From positions 8,370,001 through 8,434,000 of the forward strand of contig OZ024745.1 in assembly GCA_964016885.1 (NCBI GenBank): a DNA stretch of 64,000 bases, in the 5' to 3' direction. Shown here piece by piece: positions 59,749 through 64,000 of the stretch; positions within the stretch are counted from its first letter, which is position 1, and each line of letters opens with the position of its first letter. The position numbers were made by a program, and so were the translations under genes. Below the pieces are notes generated by a model. That model ran no database searches and was not told the DNA's origin. It worked only from the letters and a program-made list of their open reading frames with translations. The DNA is from Eledone cirrhosa. Lineage: Eukaryota.

Positions 59749-60130
59749 AATAAAAGAGAAAACACAGGTAAGCATTAAAAAAGGATTTTATCCAGGTATT
59801 TACGACCGTTTCATTGATAAGCGCAACTTTATATCGCAATACTGCCAATAGCAGCCACTCGATAATAACTGTTATTCACCTCCAAATTTTCAAAATAATG
59901 AATAAGTTACTTGTAAAAGGTTCTCAATATATAAAAAAAACATTTTTTGGGAATCGTATTTACTAGTATAGAGAGAGAGGAAGGGAGAGAAGAATTAGGA
60001 AGTAGAGGGACAAACGGAGATGGAGCGAGGGGTAAAGATGGAAGGATTCCTCGATCAGTTTTGATTCGTAGACTTGATGTCGTCAATTTACAGTGTAGGG
60101 AGTTAAAGAGAATTAAATTGCTTATAGTGG

Positions 60131-60197
<67 letters not shown>

Positions 60198-60792
60198 GGG
60201 GGGCGAGATAGAGAGATAAATATATATATAAAAAGGGAGAAGAGAAAATAGAAGAAAAGAAAAGAGAACAAAAAGAAGGAAGAGAAGAAAAGAAGAAAAC
60301 GAAAAAAGAGAAAATGATTGAAGGAGGAGAGAGGGACATAAGTATTGGTTACTGAGGGTAATTAAAGGGGTTAGATTCAATAAGAAGGTAAAAAGTCTAA
60401 GTATATGCAGTTTGTCAGGTGGTAGTAGGAGGTTAAGGGTTCGATTTGCACTTGTAGTGCGAACATTTTTCTTTAAGTCTATGGTTGCAATAAATTGATC
60501 TTTCTATTTTATTGTTGAGTAACTTATTCTCCGAACTTAAAATGTGGAACAGTTCAAGGTCACATAACTGACATAGCGATATAAGGTTGCGCTTACCAAT
60601 GAAACGGTCGTAAATACCTGGATAAAATCCTTTTTTAATGCTTACCTGTGTTTTCCTTTTATTCTTTATACTCCAAGATTGAACGTGATTTACTAACCAC
60701 ATTCTTGCAAACTTGTGAAACCGTACGTTGGAAACCGTCCAAGAAACTGGCTTAACCACGAACTGGATTACAATAAGCAATTTTCTGCTTTC

Positions 60793-60800
<8 letters not shown>
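59749..60800. mobile_element. Non-coding unit with ~90-bp inverted repeats (59749-59838 / 60575-60663), probably PLE-derived
   Basis: Arms share GCGATATAA.GTTGCGCTTA.CAATGAAACGGTCGTAAATACCTGGATAAAATCCTTTTTTAATGCTTACCTGTGTTTTC. GAAA-CGGTCG-TA resembles a hammerhead 3' half. Flanked by TA runs. Confidence 0.6.
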
Positions 60801-60876
<76 letters not shown>

Positions 60877-60891
60877 GAAAGCAGAAAATTG

Positions 60892-60925
<34 letters not shown>

Positions 60926-61052
60926 CAATACTACTAACTTACCACCATTTCATAAAAGTATTGGAAGCCTTCAAAACCTCTACTGTGCACTATGGAATAG
61001 AAGGGTCCAACTTATAGACAACTGTAATGGCCGCCACGTGAATTAAGATGTT

Positions 61053-61668
61053 GTAAGGATAGCAGTGGGTGTAGCATGGGGACCATTGTATTACAGGAAT
61101 AATCTAGAGTAAGGATAGCAGTGAGTGTAGCATGGGGACCATTGTATTACAGGAATAATCTAGAGTAAGGATAGCAGTGAGTGTAGCATGGGGACCATTG
61201 TATTACAGGAATAATCTAAAGTAAGGATGGCAGTGAGTGTAGCATGGGGACCATTGTATTACAGGAATAATCTAAAGTAAGGATGGCAGTGAGTGTAGCA
61301 TGGGGACCATTGTATTAGAGGAATAATCTGGAGTAAGGATAGCAGTGAGTGTAGCATGGGGACCATTGTATTACAGGAATAATCTAGAGTAAGGATAGCA
61401 GTGAGTGTAGCATGGGGACCATTGTATTACAGGGATAATCTAGAGTAAAGATAACAGTGAGTGTAGCATGGGGACCATTGTATTACAGGAATAATCTAGA
61501 GTAAGGATAACAGTGAGTGTAGCATGGGGACCATTGTATTACAGGAATAATCTAGAGTAAGGATAACAGTGAGTGTAGCATGGGGACCATTGTATTACAG
61601 GAATAATCTAGAGTAAGGATAGTAGTGAGTGTAGCATGGGGAACATTGTATTACAGGAATAATCTAGA
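61053..61668. repeat. 56-bp minisatellite, 11 copies
   Basis: Same unit as 51150-51989; 616 bp / 56 = 11. Confidence 0.97.
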
Positions 61669-61797
61669 GCAGAGATTTCAGTTTCCGTCTTCCCAGTTTG
61701 AGGAAGAGAATACACGTCAAGATACCATGCAGGGCAGCATCTTGGGGCTGTCAGGTTTGCTAAGAGAACTTCATAACAACACTATGATGTGTATGTG

Positions 61798-61880
<83 letters not shown>

Positions 61881-61883
<3 letters not shown>

Positions 61884-62073
61884 GAACAAGTAAGACCCCG
61901 ACGGCTGAGCTCAAGCCGTTTCGACGGCTAATTCTGGACCCTGAATTAGCCGTCGAAACGGCTTGAGCTCAGCCGTCGGGGTCGTACTTGTTCCTATTAC
62001 CCACTCTACTACCCTAAGTATTGAGTACTTTGGTGCGTTATGGTCCACCTGGTTCCTTACCACATTTCCTTCG

Positions 62074-62075
<2 letters not shown>
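61881..62075. mobile_element. 195-bp fold-back element inserted in (TA)n
   Basis: Arms 61882-61934 / 61943-61995 (1 mismatch, 8-nt loop) plus an 80-bp tail. Absent from the paralogous TA run at 52121-52162. Confidence 0.85.
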
Positions 62076-62151
<76 letters not shown>

Positions 62152-62450
62152 GACGTAAAATAAGAAAATTATTAAAATTAACTTACTTACTAAACTTTCA
62201 CTCCAACTAATTAGTTTCTGAAAGGGAATAAACATGGTTTCCAAATGGAAAACATAGAGAAGCCGTTTCGTCATCAGGAAGTCTGTTCTCAGCTAAGTTA
62301 CCAGGCGATGCGTGAACACAGGGAACTTATACAAAAATAATTCAGTGGATGGAAAAAAGCAAGTATGGACTAAATTCCAAGATATTGAAACCTATATATT
62401 TGCTAGCATAGGTATGCATCTGTATATATATGTTGGTAAATATACTAATT

Positions 62451-62529
<79 letters not shown>

Positions 62530-62853
62530 TATTACACATATACATACATATATATATTAATATTACACATACACATACGCATACTCACACTCACACGCGA
62601 GTGTGAGTGTGTGAGTGTGACAGTATGGAAGTGTTTTATGGATGTAAGATGGTGGATCCATTTAACACGGGAAACAAACATTAAGAGCTGTAAAGTTTTT
62701 CTTGTCCCTTCTTCCACTCCAGGGGGAATCAGTTTGCTGATTCCATCACAAAGACGACCACAAGATTACATCAACAACATTTATATTAACATTAACAATA
62801 ACACTAGCATAATATATATATATATATATATACATATATATACTGTATATATG

Positions 62854-63020
<167 letters not shown>

Positions 63021-63050
63021 AGATCAAAAGATGGTTAAAAGAGTTCCATG

Positions 63051-63121
63051 TATTTTATTATGCGCATTTCAAAAACAAATATTATCATGTAATAATATTT
63101 GTGTTTTCATCAGATAAAATA
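63051..63121 (-). ncRNA. Type-I hammerhead ribozyme (family F, mirror copy)
   Basis: Reverse complement of 63162-63232 with two differences in stem II. Confidence 0.88.
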
Positions 63122-63161
63122 GGAAGATATGATATGAAGGTTAAAAAATATCATATCTTCC

Positions 63162-63232
63162 TATTTTATCTGATGAAAACACAAATGTTATTACATGATG
63201 ATATTTGTTTTTGAAATGCGCATAATAAAATA
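63162..63232 (+). ncRNA. Type-I hammerhead ribozyme (family F)
   Basis: TATTTTAT-CTGATGA-AAACACAAATGTTATT acat GATGATATTTGTTTTT-GAAA-TGCGCA-TA-ATAAAATA: perfect 8-bp stem I and palindromic stem III. Confidence 0.9.
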
Positions 63233-63705
63233 CATGGAACTCTTTTAACCATCTTTTGATCTTATATATTATGTTTACTCCAGTCCTACAAACTGTAGAG
63301 TGCTTCTTATCCGATATCTGCATTGCTTTATTGTACTACAATAAAACTTACCTCCTACATTATATACGATTTCTTTCTTATATCAAAGTTTAATGGGCTT
63401 CCACTGATGATTTATAAGCTCCCACCTAAATATATTCTTATATGAATATATATTAGGCTTCTACATAAACTGGAAATATTCTCCCAACTTGTAGAAAACT
63501 TATAATGAAACAATTATTTGGAAAGAGAGATGTATTTTAACTTTAATTATATCTCATAAAATAATACAACTGGTTTTTCCACGTTATACATATTGTTAGC
63601 ACCCCAAACACTTAAATTGGGTTTATATTTAAATATAACCTAATGTTTGTTGAGTGAGATGGATACCAGTCAGAGTTTAGTTTTAAACTATCTCTGTTAT
63701 TGTAT

Positions 63706-63746
<41 letters not shown>

Positions 63747-63748
63747 AC

Positions 63749-63902
<154 letters not shown>

Positions 63903-64000
63903 ATATATATATATATGTATATATATAAATACACACACATATATATGTGTGTGTGTGCATATATCTATATGCATACGTATACATATATATATATATATAT

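Noticed and set aside
60560-60620. Complete hammerhead in the 59.7/60.6 kb inverted repeats
   Set aside because: Only GAAA-CGGTCG-TA is present. No CUGANGA with a matching stem I in either arm.

Overview
Repeat-saturated, AT-rich eukaryotic DNA. The SINE family and microsatellite landscape resemble octopod cephalopods (recognised from memory, not searched). No host gene is supportable. (1) Positions 1-19207 are a 69/72-bp tandem satellite (~270 monomers) with higher-order repeats of 3180 bp and 2190 bp. All length variation is a multiple of 3. One + frame has only three stops. One minus frame (MLLYTWHHLYGRYYCQKLLTHLH) appears stop-free from 19079 off the left edge (at least 6359 codons) and is absent from the supplied ORF track. 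(2) Positions 19.2-64 kb hold degraded retroelements: an R4/Dong-like RLE LINE, a near-full-length Tx1/L1-like LINE, two Penelope-like elements (PLEs), SINEs and minisatellites. (3) The main hidden signal is about 11 minimal type-I hammerhead ribozymes from about five sequence families. They lie in PLE-type terminal repeats within or beside (TA)n runs and often form fold-back palindromes. A local segmental duplication gives empty and filled versions of the same (TA)n sites, showing that ORF-less fold-back units inserted into (TA)n.
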